A stretch of 61,376 nt of DNA from Phycisphaerales bacterium (GCA_027313145.1 DAHVEJ010000002.1:8843-70218), one strand, 5' to 3'. Positions 47,863-58,290 are shown, counted from the stretch's first letter. The notes: generated by a model not told the origin, from the letters alone. Program-made: numbers and translations.

Positions 47863-49824
47863 TTATCGCACCGCTGCGGCAATATCATCCATGACATCCT
47901 GCTGGGTGTAAATATCCCGCAAAATTGCCGGCACTGCCGGATGCTTCGGCGATAAAATGGCCAGATAGGGTATCGCGCGACCGCCAAGTTTCAGCCAGAA
48001 CGCTTTGGGAATGGTTTGGTCAATGTCCGCACTGAATAATACCGCATGGGCTTGTTTGAATTTCTGCCGCACGGCGTTCGCATCCAGGACCGTCGCTTTA
48101 ACAAAGCGGCAGTTAATGCACCAGGGCGCGGTAAAATCCACCACCACCGGATGGCCTGATTTTAATGCGGTATTCATCGCTTTCCAGTTGAATTCCTGCC
48201 ACTGATTTACCGCAAACGTTGCCGTATGGCCTGCCGGGGCATCGGCAATCCTTGCGTTTTTGGTCGCATGAATTCCACCCGCCCATATCAGGTACGATCC
48301 TCCGGCCAGAACGCCGCCGAATACAAAACCCAGGCGAATAGCCCAGATTTTTACCGCCGACATATTAATATCCGGTATTTTTCCCCACCCCCAGCAGACA
48401 ATCGCCAGAATCATCGCCAGCATAAAACCGGCGGTAATTTGCGAACGGTTTTCCGTGCTTAACAAAAGATAAACCGCCACCGCCACCATTACCAGCCCCA
48501 ACGCTTCTTTTACAATTTCCGACCACCGCCCGGCACGCGGTACGTGACTAAGCCATGATGGAAATGCCGCCAGCAGCACATACGGCCACGCCATGCCTAC
48601 GCCGATGAGCACAAAAAATAGCACGATAATGCCCGTCGGCTGCACCAAGGCCCATGTCAGCATGACCCCCAGAAATGGAGCGCTGCAGGGCGTGGCCAGG
48701 AGCGTGGCTAACAGGCCCATGCCAAACGCTCCGGCTAATCCGCCCCGGTTGCTTTCAACGGCGTATAACGCGTTGGGCGCTTGAATGGTCCATACGCCCA
48801 GCATGGATAGCGCCAGGGCCAGAACGATTAACGCTATGGCGATTAAAAATGCGGGGTGCTGATATTGCATGCCATACGTCAGTGTCTGTCCGCTGGCCGC
48901 CCGGTACGCACCCATGACGATGGCAAGAATTAAAAACAGAGAAATAATCCCCGCTGAAAATACCAGCGCATGAATGATCGCCATTTTCCTTGAGCCATGC
49001 GCCTGCTGCACCATGGCCAGAACCTTCAACGGGATTACCGGAAGGACACACGGCATGACATTGAGAATCAATCCGCCAAGCAAGGCGAATAATATCAATC
49101 GCCACAGCGGCTCATGGATTGTTTTAATTCGATAATGCAATGCGTTGATTGCCGCAAGGGTAGCCTGCGAACTGGATTGTGACGGTGCGACCGATTTCGC
49201 CGGGGCCAGCGGGTTATGAATTTGGCCGACATGCTTGGATTCAGCGGAACCGCTCACGCCGCCTGATGGCAGTTGCCCACCGGATATCGTAACGACAGTT
49301 GAAAGTTTCAGAGTTTGCGGGGGCAGGCAGGACTGGGCATCGCACGCCTGAAATGTAAATGCCGCGTTGATAGTGTGGCGTCCATTTGTTGCCTGGGTAG
49401 AAGCCATGAAGGGAACATGGATGACAAATTGCCCCTCATATACCAGGAGTTTGCCAAAGCTGGTGATTTGCGCTGAAGCCGGAATTGTCCGGGCTTTAGG
49501 AAAACGAACCTTGCCAAAATGAAATCCCTGAACCGGAGAAATGGTAACTGCCGCCGGCACAAGAAATTTATCCAGGGGATGGTGGCTTTGCAGGTGGTAG
49601 CCTGGTTTGACCGTGCAGGAAATGGTCAAAATGCCTTTTCCCGGCACCGGCAGCGCGCCGGGTGTTGCCTGAATCGCCGCCTTCACAATGCGCGGTGATA
49701 GAAAGGCCAACCCCGCCACCTGCGCCCGCGCGGATATGGCACCGAGTATCAAAAACAGTGACGCAATTACGGTTAGCGCCAGAATCGCTGGCTGCTCGGT
49801 GGATTTCCCGGAAGAACGGCGCAT
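47863..49824 (-). CDS. dsbD: Thiol:disulfide interchange protein DsbD-like (N-domain + CcdA-type TM core + thioredoxin domain)
   Basis: Signal peptide, multi-TM core with NVMPCVLPVIPLK and ATPCSAPFLG Cys motifs, C-terminal thioredoxin VVDFTAPWCINCRF. Confidence 0.85.
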   Translation of the reverse strand: MRRSSGKSTEQPAILALTVIASLFLILGAISARAQVAGLAFLSPRIVKAAIQATPGALPVPGKGILTISCTVKPGYHLQSHHPLDKFLVPAAVTISPVQGFHFGKVRFPKARTIPASAQITSFGKLLVYEGQFVIHVPFMASTQATNGRHTINAAFTFQACDAQSCLPPQTLKLSTVVTISGGQLPSGGVSGSAESKHVGQIHNPLAPAKSVAPSQSSSQATLAAINALHYRIKTIHEPLWRLILFALLGGLILNVMPCVLPVIPLKVLAMVQQAHGSRKMAIIHALVFSAGIISLFLILAIVMGAYRAASGQTLTYGMQYQHPAFLIAIALIVLALALSMLGVWTIQAPNALYAVESNRGGLAGAFGMGLLATLLATPCSAPFLGVMLTWALVQPTGIIVLFFVLIGVGMAWPYVLLAAFPSWLSHVPRAGRWSEIVKEALGLVMVAVAVYLLLSTENRSQITAGFMLAMILAIVCWGWGKIPDINMSAVKIWAIRLGFVFGGVLAGGSYLIWAGGIHATKNARIADAPAGHTATFAVNQWQEFNWKAMNTALKSGHPVVVDFTAPWCINCRFVKATVLDANAVRQKFKQAHAVLFSADIDQTIPKAFWLKLGGRAIPYLAILSPKHPAVPAILRDIYTQQDVMDDIAAAVR

Positions 49825-49895
49825 GATTTACCTTTGTTAAAACACGGTATTTTCCGCCTGGGGAACCGGTCCGTGTACGAGAAGTTCAGATCACC

Positions 49896-50225
49896 TTAAT
49901 TGGGATCCACCTTTGCTTGGTCCTTCGACTTTTCCGGCATTTCACCCACGATAAAACTCAACGTCGTAATACTGAAGTCCGCCGGCTCACCGCGAATAAG
50001 CCACAGCAACGGAGCGCCGGATATTTTGGCGGCCAAATCCAACACTTCCACCGGCGGTACGCGACCTTTTTCATAATAATTATAGGTGGATGGGGATAGA
50101 CCCAGTAAAAATGCAAAGCGTGACTGTCCGCGCCGGCCGCAGACCTGCGTGCGAACTTGTTTGAGTCGTTCACAGATCAACGCATAATTTCCACTTAGAC
50201 CTGTTTGAGGCATCAGCACATTCAT
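49896..50225 (-). CDS. XRE-family helix-turn-helix protein
   Basis: ATG at 50225 with AAGGAG 6 nt upstream. ICERLKQVRTQV...SRFAFLLGLSPSTYNYYEKGRVPPVEVLDLAAKISGAPLLWLIRGE. The track start at 50375 is rejected. Confidence 0.75.
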   Translation of the reverse strand: MNVLMPQTGLSGNYALICERLKQVRTQVCGRRGQSRFAFLLGLSPSTYNYYEKGRVPPVEVLDLAAKISGAPLLWLIRGEPADFSITTLSFIVGEMPEKSKDQAKVDPN

Positions 50226-50480
50226 GGCTAACTCCTTTTTTATCGTCCGCTTCGATCGTGCGGAATAACTTTGCCCCGACCGCATTCCCGGCAATTGCCG
50301 GAGCTGGCCGGATTGTTCAAACACATAGATAACGTTCCCATCCGTACGCGTGGCCCGGGCGAAGCCCCGGATCATCGCGCTGCTTTGTTATCCCAAGTTC
50401 TTCCGTGAACGCGGAACCATTCGGCCGAATGCCGAAGTGAGATCTGCCCCAACCGCCTGGACGCCCATTGGGTCTTACGG

Positions 50481-51572
50481 CTAACTGTGAACTAACTTTA
50501 TCAGTCGATCCGTATGTTCCTGTACCCATTTTACTTTCCTCTCAATCATTTTCAAGAATCCGAATCCCTCAATACGGCCAAACGATCCTGTGGCAGCAAT
50601 GTGGAACGCGCTCTCGGCGACCATCGCCTCGACCATCAGCCAAGGCACCGCCTGTAATTCCGCCACACTAATCATATCCACCGAATCATACCCGTACATA
50701 AATTTTTCAAAACGAGCCTCATCGACGTGATCCGGCCAAGTTGCGGGGTCATCGCCTCCGCCAATAATTGAAAATTGCAGCACGCCGTTGGCCAAGTCCA
50801 CAATCCGCTGCTGCATGCGGGCGGAATCATAATCAATGACCGCTACCACCTTCTGATTTCTAAAGAGCATATTTCCCGGATGCCAGTCACAATGCACAAT
50901 TTGCAGCGGCCAGTCCATCAGTCCGATTTCATTGACTTTGGCCGCCGCCTCCACATACGCCTTATGCAATATTTCCAAGGTGTCTGTTACCACCGCTGTG
51001 CCGCCATACGATTGCTTGTTACGGCTCATGGTGTCGGGAATCTGATCGATGCTGCTGCCGATATGCTTGGAGTTGTGATAACTCCCCGTCGGCGGCTCAT
51101 ATTCCGGCGTGTAATTGCGCAGAAGCTTGTGGTAAAGTGCCAGAATGCGTCCGGAATCCTGCGTGGCCTCCGGCGAATTGTCATATCCAGTTCCGCGAAT
51201 ATATTCAAAAAGCTCATATATTGCGCCGGAAAGCTGCAACATCGAATTATTATCACGCTTGGTGCCGATCAAATGGGGCAGCGGGAACTGCTTTTCCGCC
51301 AGGTACAATTGAATCGCATGACAAAATGCCACCTTAAACGGATCATCTTTGCCGCGCGCCCGGCGTTTGAGCAGGTAATCTCCCTTTTCCGAGCGAATCA
51401 GCAATTTCGGAGCTTTACGGGACCCGCGGGCGTACTCTTTCAGGGTGGTAATAACGCCAATATCGTAGTGGCTCAGCACCACAGCGAGTTCTTCAATTCC
51501 AAATTTTTCTCGTTCGCTCATGAATTTCACCGCAAAAGCAACACGCGGTTTCTCGATTATGATACTAGTCAT
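50481..51572 (-). CDS. Phosphotransferase enzyme family protein (APH / homoserine-kinase-II / CotS-like kinase fold)
   Basis: Catalytic loop IVHCDWHPGNMLF and metal-binding VIDYDSA, the Brenner/APH motifs. Confidence 0.75.
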   Translation of the reverse strand: MTSIIIEKPRVAFAVKFMSEREKFGIEELAVVLSHYDIGVITTLKEYARGSRKAPKLLIRSEKGDYLLKRRARGKDDPFKVAFCHAIQLYLAEKQFPLPHLIGTKRDNNSMLQLSGAIYELFEYIRGTGYDNSPEATQDSGRILALYHKLLRNYTPEYEPPTGSYHNSKHIGSSIDQIPDTMSRNKQSYGGTAVVTDTLEILHKAYVEAAAKVNEIGLMDWPLQIVHCDWHPGNMLFRNQKVVAVIDYDSARMQQRIVDLANGVLQFSIIGGGDDPATWPDHVDEARFEKFMYGYDSVDMISVAELQAVPWLMVEAMVAESAFHIAATGSFGRIEGFGFLKMIERKVKWVQEHTDRLIKLVHS

Positions 51573-51611
51573 ACCTATCTATATGTCAAATGACGGCCTA
51601 TAAAAACCACG

Positions 51612-51635
51612 AAAAAGCCGTGACAATGGCTTTTA
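51612..51635 (-). terminator. Weak hairpin plus U-tract downstream of lpxI
   Basis: Minus strand AAAAGCC-ATTGTCAC-GGCTTTTT. A 6-7-bp stem, so only weakly terminator-like. Confidence 0.3.
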
Positions 51636-51671
51636 GGCCCCGCTATTTGCCGGATTAATGAATTTTCCCCA

Positions 51672-52482
51672 CTAATCCCCGACCATTGGCCGTCCGATGA
51701 CCGCAACGCCCAATTCATCGGCCAGTTTCAACAGTTCCGACTTCTCAAGCATAATAGTTCTCCCGGTTTCCACCACCACCGCCGCGGCACCGAATTTCTT
51801 CAGGCGTTCAATCGTAGCAGGGCCAATGGTGGGCACGTCAAATCGAATATCCTGATTCGGGTTACTGGCCTTGCACAGCACCCATCCGCCGCGCTTGCAC
51901 AATGTCCCGGTGCGCTCAATCATGCGATCCGTGCCTTCGACGGCCTCTACCGCGATGATTTCCCGATCCTTGCAGGCCAGGCTCTGACCTATTAAAAGCA
52001 TGTTGACTTGCCGCAGCAACGGCCAGGCAAAGTCGATATCGGCCATAACGCCCGCGTTGGGCCGGCAGCGCGTCCATTATTTCCACTCCACCGCTGGCCA
52101 GTTCATCGGCCACAGCACGCAGCAATCGATCGGATCGCTTGTCATGCCGCAGCCGCACCAGCCAAAGCCGCGCCGTACGCCAGTCGGGCATATACCGTAA
52201 CATGTGAAAGCGATCATACATTCTTTCCTTGGCGACTCTGCCAACCATTACCGTCCGCCGGGCACCGTGTCGGCGCAATACGCGAATCCATTGATTCAGG
52301 CGAATTAATCCAACCCGATGAAAAACGTCACACTGCGCGGTAAGTTCCTCCTCGCGGCTTTGTCCGGAGAGGCCCAGGCAAATTACCGGGTGACCCGCCG
52401 CTTTAAGCCCGCGGGCTACCGCCAGCGGCAAGGTGCCTTGTCCCGCGATCAATCCGATGGGTTCCCCTTCACCCAACGCCAT
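51672..52482 (-). pseudogene. lpxI: UDP-2,3-diacylglucosamine pyrophosphatase LpxI, split into two frames at the interdomain linker (frameshift, sequencing error or split gene)
   Basis: N-part (from ATG 52482): PIGLIAGQGTLPLAVARGL ... LLRAVADELASGGVEI. C-part (ORF 51672-52046): MADIDFAWPLL..IGQSLACKDREIIAVEAVEGTDRMI..FDVPTIGPATI. The frames switch within 52047-52076. Confidence 0.6.
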
Positions 52483-53833
52483 AGTCCGGTCCCTTCTGCT
52501 TAATTCGCGCTTCCACGGAACGGGCGTGCGCGTCAAAGCCCTCCGTCCGGGCAAAATCGCAAATAGCCCCGCCAAGTGTCTGTAAAGCGCCGGCATCCAA
52601 CTCTACGATGCTTATGCGTTTGCGGAAACTTTCGGCTGACAGGCCACTGAAAAACCGCCCTGTCCCCGAAGTGGGTAACACATGCGATGGTCCCGCCAGA
52701 TAGTCTCCGGCGGCCACCGGCGTATAGGCTCCGATAAATATCGCGCCGGCGTGATGAATTTTGGCCGCATCTCGGCGCGACTGTCGCGTGGTGATCTGCA
52801 GATGTTCCGGAGCGAATTCATTGACGAGCCTAATGGCTGATTCCATATCCGCTGTTACGATTAAAGCGCTGGCATATTCCAGCGCTTTGGTGGTTAATTC
52901 CCGGCGGGGAAGTAACGCCAACTGCGATTTCAGTTCAAGTTCTACGCTCTGGGCCAGATTCAGACTCGGCGTAATCAGCAGGCAACTGCCAGGCGCGTGT
53001 TCGGCCTGCGCCAGTAACTCAGCTGCTACTACACCCGGGGCCGCCGAATCATCCGCCAAAACGATGACTTCACTGGGGCCGGCAAAGCTGTCAATATCCA
53101 CTATGCCAAAGAGTTCTTTTTTGGCCAGTTGGACGTAGCTGTTGCCCGGGCCGACGATTTTATCGACGGCCGGAATGGTTTGCGTGCCAAATGCCATCGC
53201 CGCCACCGCTTGCGGGCCGCCCATGGCGTAGATCTCGCGCACGCCCAGGAGCGCTGCGGCCACCAAGACTGCCGGTGCCACCTGCCCGCCGCGCATGGGG
53301 CTGGCGATACAAATACTTTCCACACCCGCCACCTGGGCCGGCACCACAGTCATGACCACTGTGGATGGATACGCCCCGGCCCCGCCCGGAACATAAACGC
53401 CTACCCGTTTCAGCGGCTCATACCGCATTGCCAGCATGGCCGCGTCACTATCAGTTCCCGAAGGTCTGATGGGGGCCGGCACCGGTGGCAGCATGGCTTG
53501 CTGATACCGCCGGACATTGGTGATGGAAATATCCAGAGCCGTTAGAAATTTTTCATCGGCCTTTTTTACCGCGGCGTCTATTTGCTCCTGCGGTACCCGG
53601 AGGTGCTGTAGTGTATATTCCGGATAGTCAAAGCGGCGGGTGTACTGCACCACGGCGTCGTCACCGGCGCGGCGGACATCGGCAATAATTCGCTGCACCT
53701 GTATGGTCAAATTTTCGCCCTGGGCCTCCAAGGCGGACAGCAGCAGGGGGGCCAGCGATAATCGCGACTTAATCCGGGAAATATGTTCTTGTCCGTCCGG
53801 GTGATCCGCCCGGAGAATCGGAATTACCTGCAT
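52469..53833 (-). CDS. hisD: Histidinol dehydrogenase
   Basis: IVGPGNSYVQLAKK, LAQAEHAPGS, GAIFIGAYTPVAAGDYLAGPSHVLPTSG. Its stop overlaps the lpxI start by 14 nt. Confidence 0.95.
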   Translation of the reverse strand: MQVIPILRADHPDGQEHISRIKSRLSLAPLLLSALEAQGENLTIQVQRIIADVRRAGDDAVVQYTRRFDYPEYTLQHLRVPQEQIDAAVKKADEKFLTALDISITNVRRYQQAMLPPVPAPIRPSGTDSDAAMLAMRYEPLKRVGVYVPGGAGAYPSTVVMTVVPAQVAGVESICIASPMRGGQVAPAVLVAAALLGVREIYAMGGPQAVAAMAFGTQTIPAVDKIVGPGNSYVQLAKKELFGIVDIDSFAGPSEVIVLADDSAAPGVVAAELLAQAEHAPGSCLLITPSLNLAQSVELELKSQLALLPRRELTTKALEYASALIVTADMESAIRLVNEFAPEHLQITTRQSRRDAAKIHHAGAIFIGAYTPVAAGDYLAGPSHVLPTSGTGRFFSGLSAESFRKRISIVELDAGALQTLGGAICDFARTEGFDAHARSVEARIKQKGPDYGVG

Positions 53834-53909
53834 GAGATATTACACTCCAATTTATCGCCACTGATTATAGCGTTTTTGCCGATAATCGGCAGATCTGAAT
53901 TTCTCACCC

Positions 53910-54599
53910 TTATTTAGAACCCGGCTTACGGCCGTCTTGGGCCTTAGTCAACTGCCACTTGGCGCTGATCGTAATGGCATTGGAGGAACGAATAATGCCC
54001 AGCATGGTCGTCGGCGGCGTAACGGCAAAATCGCGCATCTTCAACTTGACCCGCGTTTGCACCGTCACGTTTCCGCCACGATGTGGAGTAACCAGCAACT
54101 TTAGAGATTCCTTTCGCATAATTCCATTAATTTTCAATAATCCAACAGCGTGGAAGATATACGTCCCGGACTTTGTGGGCTTCGCGTTTTGCGGTTTCGC
54201 GTGCGTTAAAATAAACGTGATGTGCGGGTGCTGCCGACGATGCAGGGCGTGCATGATGGTATCGGTCATCCCGCTTCCATCGCTGCCCTTCAGCGTGGAA
54301 ACGGGAATGGCCACATGCAGCAAGTCCATGGCCACACCTTTTCCGGATGCCATAGGCCCGCTTAGTATCATCTTTCCCGTAAGCGTTGAGCTTCTTACCG
54401 ACCAGTTGTGCAACGTAGAATGGCCGCGCACCACTACTGTGCTGCCTCCTGCCGAATGATAGGTTATGGCCGTTGCGGCAACCGCTGCCGTTAGTGCGTT
54501 GGAAGAAATCACCAAACCCAGCATCAACGCCATAATGGACAAGGTGTTTGGTAAACTCCGTCGATAATAGTACGCCCGCATAAATAGTCCCCGCATCAT
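53910..54599 (-). CDS. YceI-like periplasmic protein (start uncertain)
   Basis: Signal-peptide-like MMRGLFMRAYYYRRSLPNTLSIMALMLGLVISSNALTAAVAA. GHSTLHNWSVRSSTLTGKM, HPHITFIL, GLLKINGIMRKESL and KLKMRDFAV follow the YceI pattern. Confidence 0.55.
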   Translation of the reverse strand: MMRGLFMRAYYYRRSLPNTLSIMALMLGLVISSNALTAAVAATAITYHSAGGSTVVVRGHSTLHNWSVRSSTLTGKMILSGPMASGKGVAMDLLHVAIPVSTLKGSDGSGMTDTIMHALHRRQHPHITFILTHAKPQNAKPTKSGTYIFHAVGLLKINGIMRKESLKLLVTPHRGGNVTVQTRVKLKMRDFAVTPPTTMLGIIRSSNAITISAKWQLTKAQDGRKPGSK

Positions 54600-54884
54600 C
54601 AGCTCTGCGCCACACAGTGCCGCTGAGGCTATTATCAAATATTGAACAAACTTATTCAAATGCTTGCGATCCGCGGATTCGACCGCCCTTGCAATATTTC
54701 CGCCCCGCAGAGGCTCGCGGGAAAAACTCACAAAGTTTCCGGCGGAAAAACACACCGTTGGACGTTCAACCGCCGCATGGCCCCTGGCTTAACGCGGAAG
54801 AATTGAGTGACTGCGGATTGCGGTTTAATAACGGGACTCTTTGCAGCCCGTCGCGATCGGTGCTACTGCGCAAATCTTTGTGGT

Positions 54885-54922
54885 AAAAAAAAAGCCCCGC
54901 ACGGCGGGAGCTGTGCGGGGCT
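54885..54922 (-). terminator. Rho-independent terminator after the minus-strand PEP-CTERM gene
   Basis: AGCCCCGCAC (54893-54902) / GTGCGGGGCT (54913-54922) 10-bp stem. The A9 run on the plus strand (54885-54893) gives a U-tract on the minus-strand RNA. Confidence 0.7.
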
Positions 54923-55008
54923 GGGGAATTATATCGTTGCTGGGCAACCGCGATCTGTCGGGTTGTGCTTTGCGTCAATAATTCGCGGCGTTAAAGCATT
55001 ACTGAAAA

Positions 55009-56196
55009 TTATCGCGAAACGCGCTTGCGGGGCATCAGTAATAAGCCGCCGGCGGCCAGCACAATGAATGCCAATGTCGCCGGTTCCGGCACGGCCGCTG
55101 GATCATTAATAAAGCCGATGCCTGCCGGGCCGCCCAAGCCGGTAACGATGGGTGTAAGCACGCCGGTGCTGAAATTCAGCATATCCAGACTGTGGTTGGT
55201 TTTATCGGAAGAATAAGCTTGATTCAACGTAAAGCCGTTGTTGGCGGTCAAGGCATAAACCACGTTATTTTTCACATCGGAAAATAAAAGTGTTCCGTGC
55301 GCGGCGGTCGCAAAACCTGTGTCGTCGGTGTTGACCGGGTTACCGGAGGCATCCGTCAAATTCAACACCGAAATGCTCTGCGTTGCACCCGGGTTGGTAA
55401 CTTCGGTTAATTGCGCACCGCTTTCATTGGACAAAAGCAGACTGCCCGTGGGAGTAAGGTTCAGAGAATCCGGATCAAAAACATTCATCTGCGCGGTCTG
55501 ACCGGTCACGGCATTGGTCGCCATGTCATTACCCCAGACCAGACCCATCGCTGTGGCTGTGGCAGGATAAGAATTTGGATTGGCGGTGACCTGATAGATG
55601 ACAGGATGGCTATTGACCTGCCCGGGGCCGTCGCCGCCATTATCCGGATTTGAGCCTGAAGCATAGAGATTTCCATTGATAAATTGCAGGCCGTCAAACC
55701 CGCCGCCGTGCACGGATGGGTTGGGATAACCATAACGCATCTGACTGCCGGTGGCGGTGTTGATAACGGTCAACGCGGAGTTGCCGTCTTCATTTTCATC
55801 GGTGTACAGCAGGCCGTTATTGCCCATGGCCATGCCTTCCACGTGCCCGGTTACATTAAAGTGGTTAACCAACTGCCCGGTCAGGGTGTATTGTGCCACA
55901 ACGCTTTGGCCACCGTCGCTGCCGTCGAACATGACGTTGTTGCCCCATCCGATAAACACACTGTTACCGGAAACGGTAATGTCGTCGGGGGCGCTGACAA
56001 CCTGCGAAGCGCCCGGGATAATTCCCTGATTCAATCCCGCGACCGTAAAGGGGGACGCAAAGGTAGTCAGTGAATATCCGGCTGCCACGGTTGGGCTGGC
56101 GTTTGCATGGGCCGCGACCAGAGCCAGGGTGGCGGTGCAGGCCGCCGCTAAGGCCAGGGCCTTGCCGGCGCATATTTTGGAAGTGGGTGTACGCAT
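55009..56196 (-). CDS. PEP-CTERM-anchored secreted protein (beta-propeller-like body)
   Basis: ATG at 56196 with GGAGGA Shine-Dalgarno. Signal peptide MRTPTSKICAGKALALAAACTATLALVAAHA. C-terminal VPEPATLAFIVLAAGGLLLMPRKR. Confidence 0.8.
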   Translation of the reverse strand: MRTPTSKICAGKALALAAACTATLALVAAHANASPTVAAGYSLTTFASPFTVAGLNQGIIPGASQVVSAPDDITVSGNSVFIGWGNNVMFDGSDGGQSVVAQYTLTGQLVNHFNVTGHVEGMAMGNNGLLYTDENEDGNSALTVINTATGSQMRYGYPNPSVHGGGFDGLQFINGNLYASGSNPDNGGDGPGQVNSHPVIYQVTANPNSYPATATAMGLVWGNDMATNAVTGQTAQMNVFDPDSLNLTPTGSLLLSNESGAQLTEVTNPGATQSISVLNLTDASGNPVNTDDTGFATAAHGTLLFSDVKNNVVYALTANNGFTLNQAYSSDKTNHSLDMLNFSTGVLTPIVTGLGGPAGIGFINDPAAVPEPATLAFIVLAAGGLLLMPRKRVSR

Positions 56197-56396
56197 GATA
56201 AGTTCCTCCGAGAGAGATAAAAATTGGATCACAGCAACATCGCGTGATCTCTGAAAATCAGGTTATGGGAACCGTATTTGTGTAATATGAAAGAAATAAA
56301 AATTTTGCGTAAGGATGGAAGCGATATGGGTTGCTTTTTGCCGCGATAGTTTTGATGATAGTGGATGCGAGAGTGACTTGTTTGGAGAATCAGACC

Positions 56397-56867
56397 ATGG
56401 AACAGGCCATTATTGATGAATATCTGCGGCAGGCGTCGGTATTTCCGGCGACCATTAAAGGATTAAGCGCGGCGGAACTTAACGCCCATCCGATACCTCA
56501 TACCTGGAGTATCCGGCAGATTGTCCTGCATGTCATGGACAGTGATTTAATTGCATCGGACCGTATGAAACGTGTTATTGCGGAAGACAATCCCACACTC
56601 ATCGGATTTGATGAAAGCGCTTTCGCTTCGAATTTGTTTTATGACCACCTTGACGCGGCCATGGCCGCTGAAGTATTTGCTAAAAATCGTCTCCTGACCG
56701 CCGCAATTCTCAATCGCCTTCCCGCCGCAGCATTTCTGCTCGCCGGTACGCACAATCAGCGCGGGCGAGTTACGTTGGAAGAGCTGGTGAAACTGTATGT
56801 GCAGCACTTTGATCACCACATGAAATTTCTCAAGCATAAACGGCAATTGCTCGGCAAGCCTCTTTAA
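56397..56867 (+). CDS. DinB-family (DinB_2) four-helix-bundle metalloprotein
   Basis: HTWSIRQIVLHVMDSDL and YVQHFDHHMKFL His motifs. ATG at 56397 preceded by GGAGA. Confidence 0.8.
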   Translation: MEQAIIDEYLRQASVFPATIKGLSAAELNAHPIPHTWSIRQIVLHVMDSDLIASDRMKRVIAEDNPTLIGFDESAFASNLFYDHLDAAMAAEVFAKNRLLTAAILNRLPAAAFLLAGTHNQRGRVTLEELVKLYVQHFDHHMKFLKHKRQLLGKPL

Positions 56868-56883
56868 GGCTGCTCGGACAGCG

Positions 56884-57969
56884 TTACGCCGGTATATCAA
56901 GATTTGTACATGCCTGCACGATAAAACGCTCCATGTTGCGTTGCGGATCGCCCAGGCTGGTTTTGGCCGCCATATCCGCTGCCAGCAAAGCGGCGCTGAC
57001 CCGACGGCTACCTTCGATTCCCCAACGGCGGGCGGAAGCCATAACGGCGCTGGCGCGTGGGGCCGGCCAGAGTTTCAGTTCCTTGATAATCTGATTATCA
57101 CTTAATCGCCGATCCAGCATTTCCCGGGCGCGCAATACCTGTCCCATCCAGAAAAATATGGCACCCACCAGCGTGAATCCGATCCGGGCATCCATCTGCC
57201 ATAGTTCTGTATGGCGCGCTAATGCTTCCTTGGCGTTCCCCGCAGCCAGGGCGTCAATAAGACTCCATACGACCTGTTCATGTTGAAACCCCACCAATTC
57301 ATCGACCATCGCGGTGGTAATCGCGGTTTGTTTATCCGCGAATAACGCCAATTTTGCCAATTCACTTTCCAGGCGTCCCAAATCCGTGCCCACCAGTTCC
57401 GCCAGACGTATGGCCGCCTGGGCGTCGATGGTTTTTGCAAACTCTGTCCGCGCGTGCTGTGTCAGCCATCGAGGAACTTCATCTTCCTTCATCGGCTGGC
57501 ATAGGATCACGGCACCTTGTTTATCCAGAAATTTGTGCAGGCGCGTTGTTTTAACCCAGTTATCGCAAATCAGTACCAGCGTGGCGTTGTCACTGGGAGC
57601 CTGGGCATAGCGCAAAATCAGATCGCGCGCTGCCGAACCGCCGGAAGCCGCCAACTCTTCGGCTTGATCTTCATCAGGCTCACTTTGCGGTTCAGGATTG
57701 TTGCCGCCGCGGCCCTTAAGCAGCATATCCGCCGGCTCAAGCACGACCAACTTGCGGCTGGAAAACATGCCAAAGGTCCGGCATTCATCCAGTAATGCTG
57801 TAACGGACACATTGGTTTCCATACGAATGTATCCCGCGTCCATGGAAGACTCATCCAGAGCCGCCCGCCGTATTCGCCCCAGCCACTGGCGGCGCAAGTA
57901 CGCTTCACTTCCCGCCAGCACCATGACCGGATGTATCTGAATTTTAGATTCGCTGACCTTCGCTGCCAT
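56884..57969 (-). CDS. holA: DNA polymerase III delta subunit
   Basis: VMVLAGSEAYLRRQ, FGMFSSRKLVVLEPAD, IDAQAAIRLAELVGTDLGRLESELAKLALFA, ITTAMVDELVG. Confidence 0.8.
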   Translation of the reverse strand: MAAKVSESKIQIHPVMVLAGSEAYLRRQWLGRIRRAALDESSMDAGYIRMETNVSVTALLDECRTFGMFSSRKLVVLEPADMLLKGRGGNNPEPQSEPDEDQAEELAASGGSAARDLILRYAQAPSDNATLVLICDNWVKTTRLHKFLDKQGAVILCQPMKEDEVPRWLTQHARTEFAKTIDAQAAIRLAELVGTDLGRLESELAKLALFADKQTAITTAMVDELVGFQHEQVVWSLIDALAAGNAKEALARHTELWQMDARIGFTLVGAIFFWMGQVLRAREMLDRRLSDNQIIKELKLWPAPRASAVMASARRWGIEGSRRVSAALLAADMAAKTSLGDPQRNMERFIVQACTNLDIPA

Positions 57970-58290
57970 GATAGTATGTTACGTGGGGATACCATAAATG
58001 CCAACACGCTTTATACGCTCCATGTTGTGTTGTATCTGATCCGCCGTGCGGCGCAAATGGTGCGCGACTGAGTGCAGTGAAAGTCCTATGATCACGGTAT
58101 TATTTTGCTTAATAATCGGCCGTGCCCCCCTTGTCCGTCAAATAACCTGCCGGCTCCGGATGTGGTAATGCGCGGACGAAATACAACCTGCAATTTGCGA
58201 TCTCCAGGTGCCGGGATTATGCTTCCAACGTGTAAAAGGAAAATTTGAAAAGCCACGGCCATCGATCCCCAAAGTTCAGGGCCTTGGGAA

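Noticed and set aside
53877-53891. Palindrome TGCCGATAATCGGCA between hisD and the YceI-like gene, as a terminator or as related to the 19541 palindrome
   Set aside because: The T-run is on the wrong side for a terminator on either strand. The 8-mer shared with 19541-19548 is short enough to be chance.
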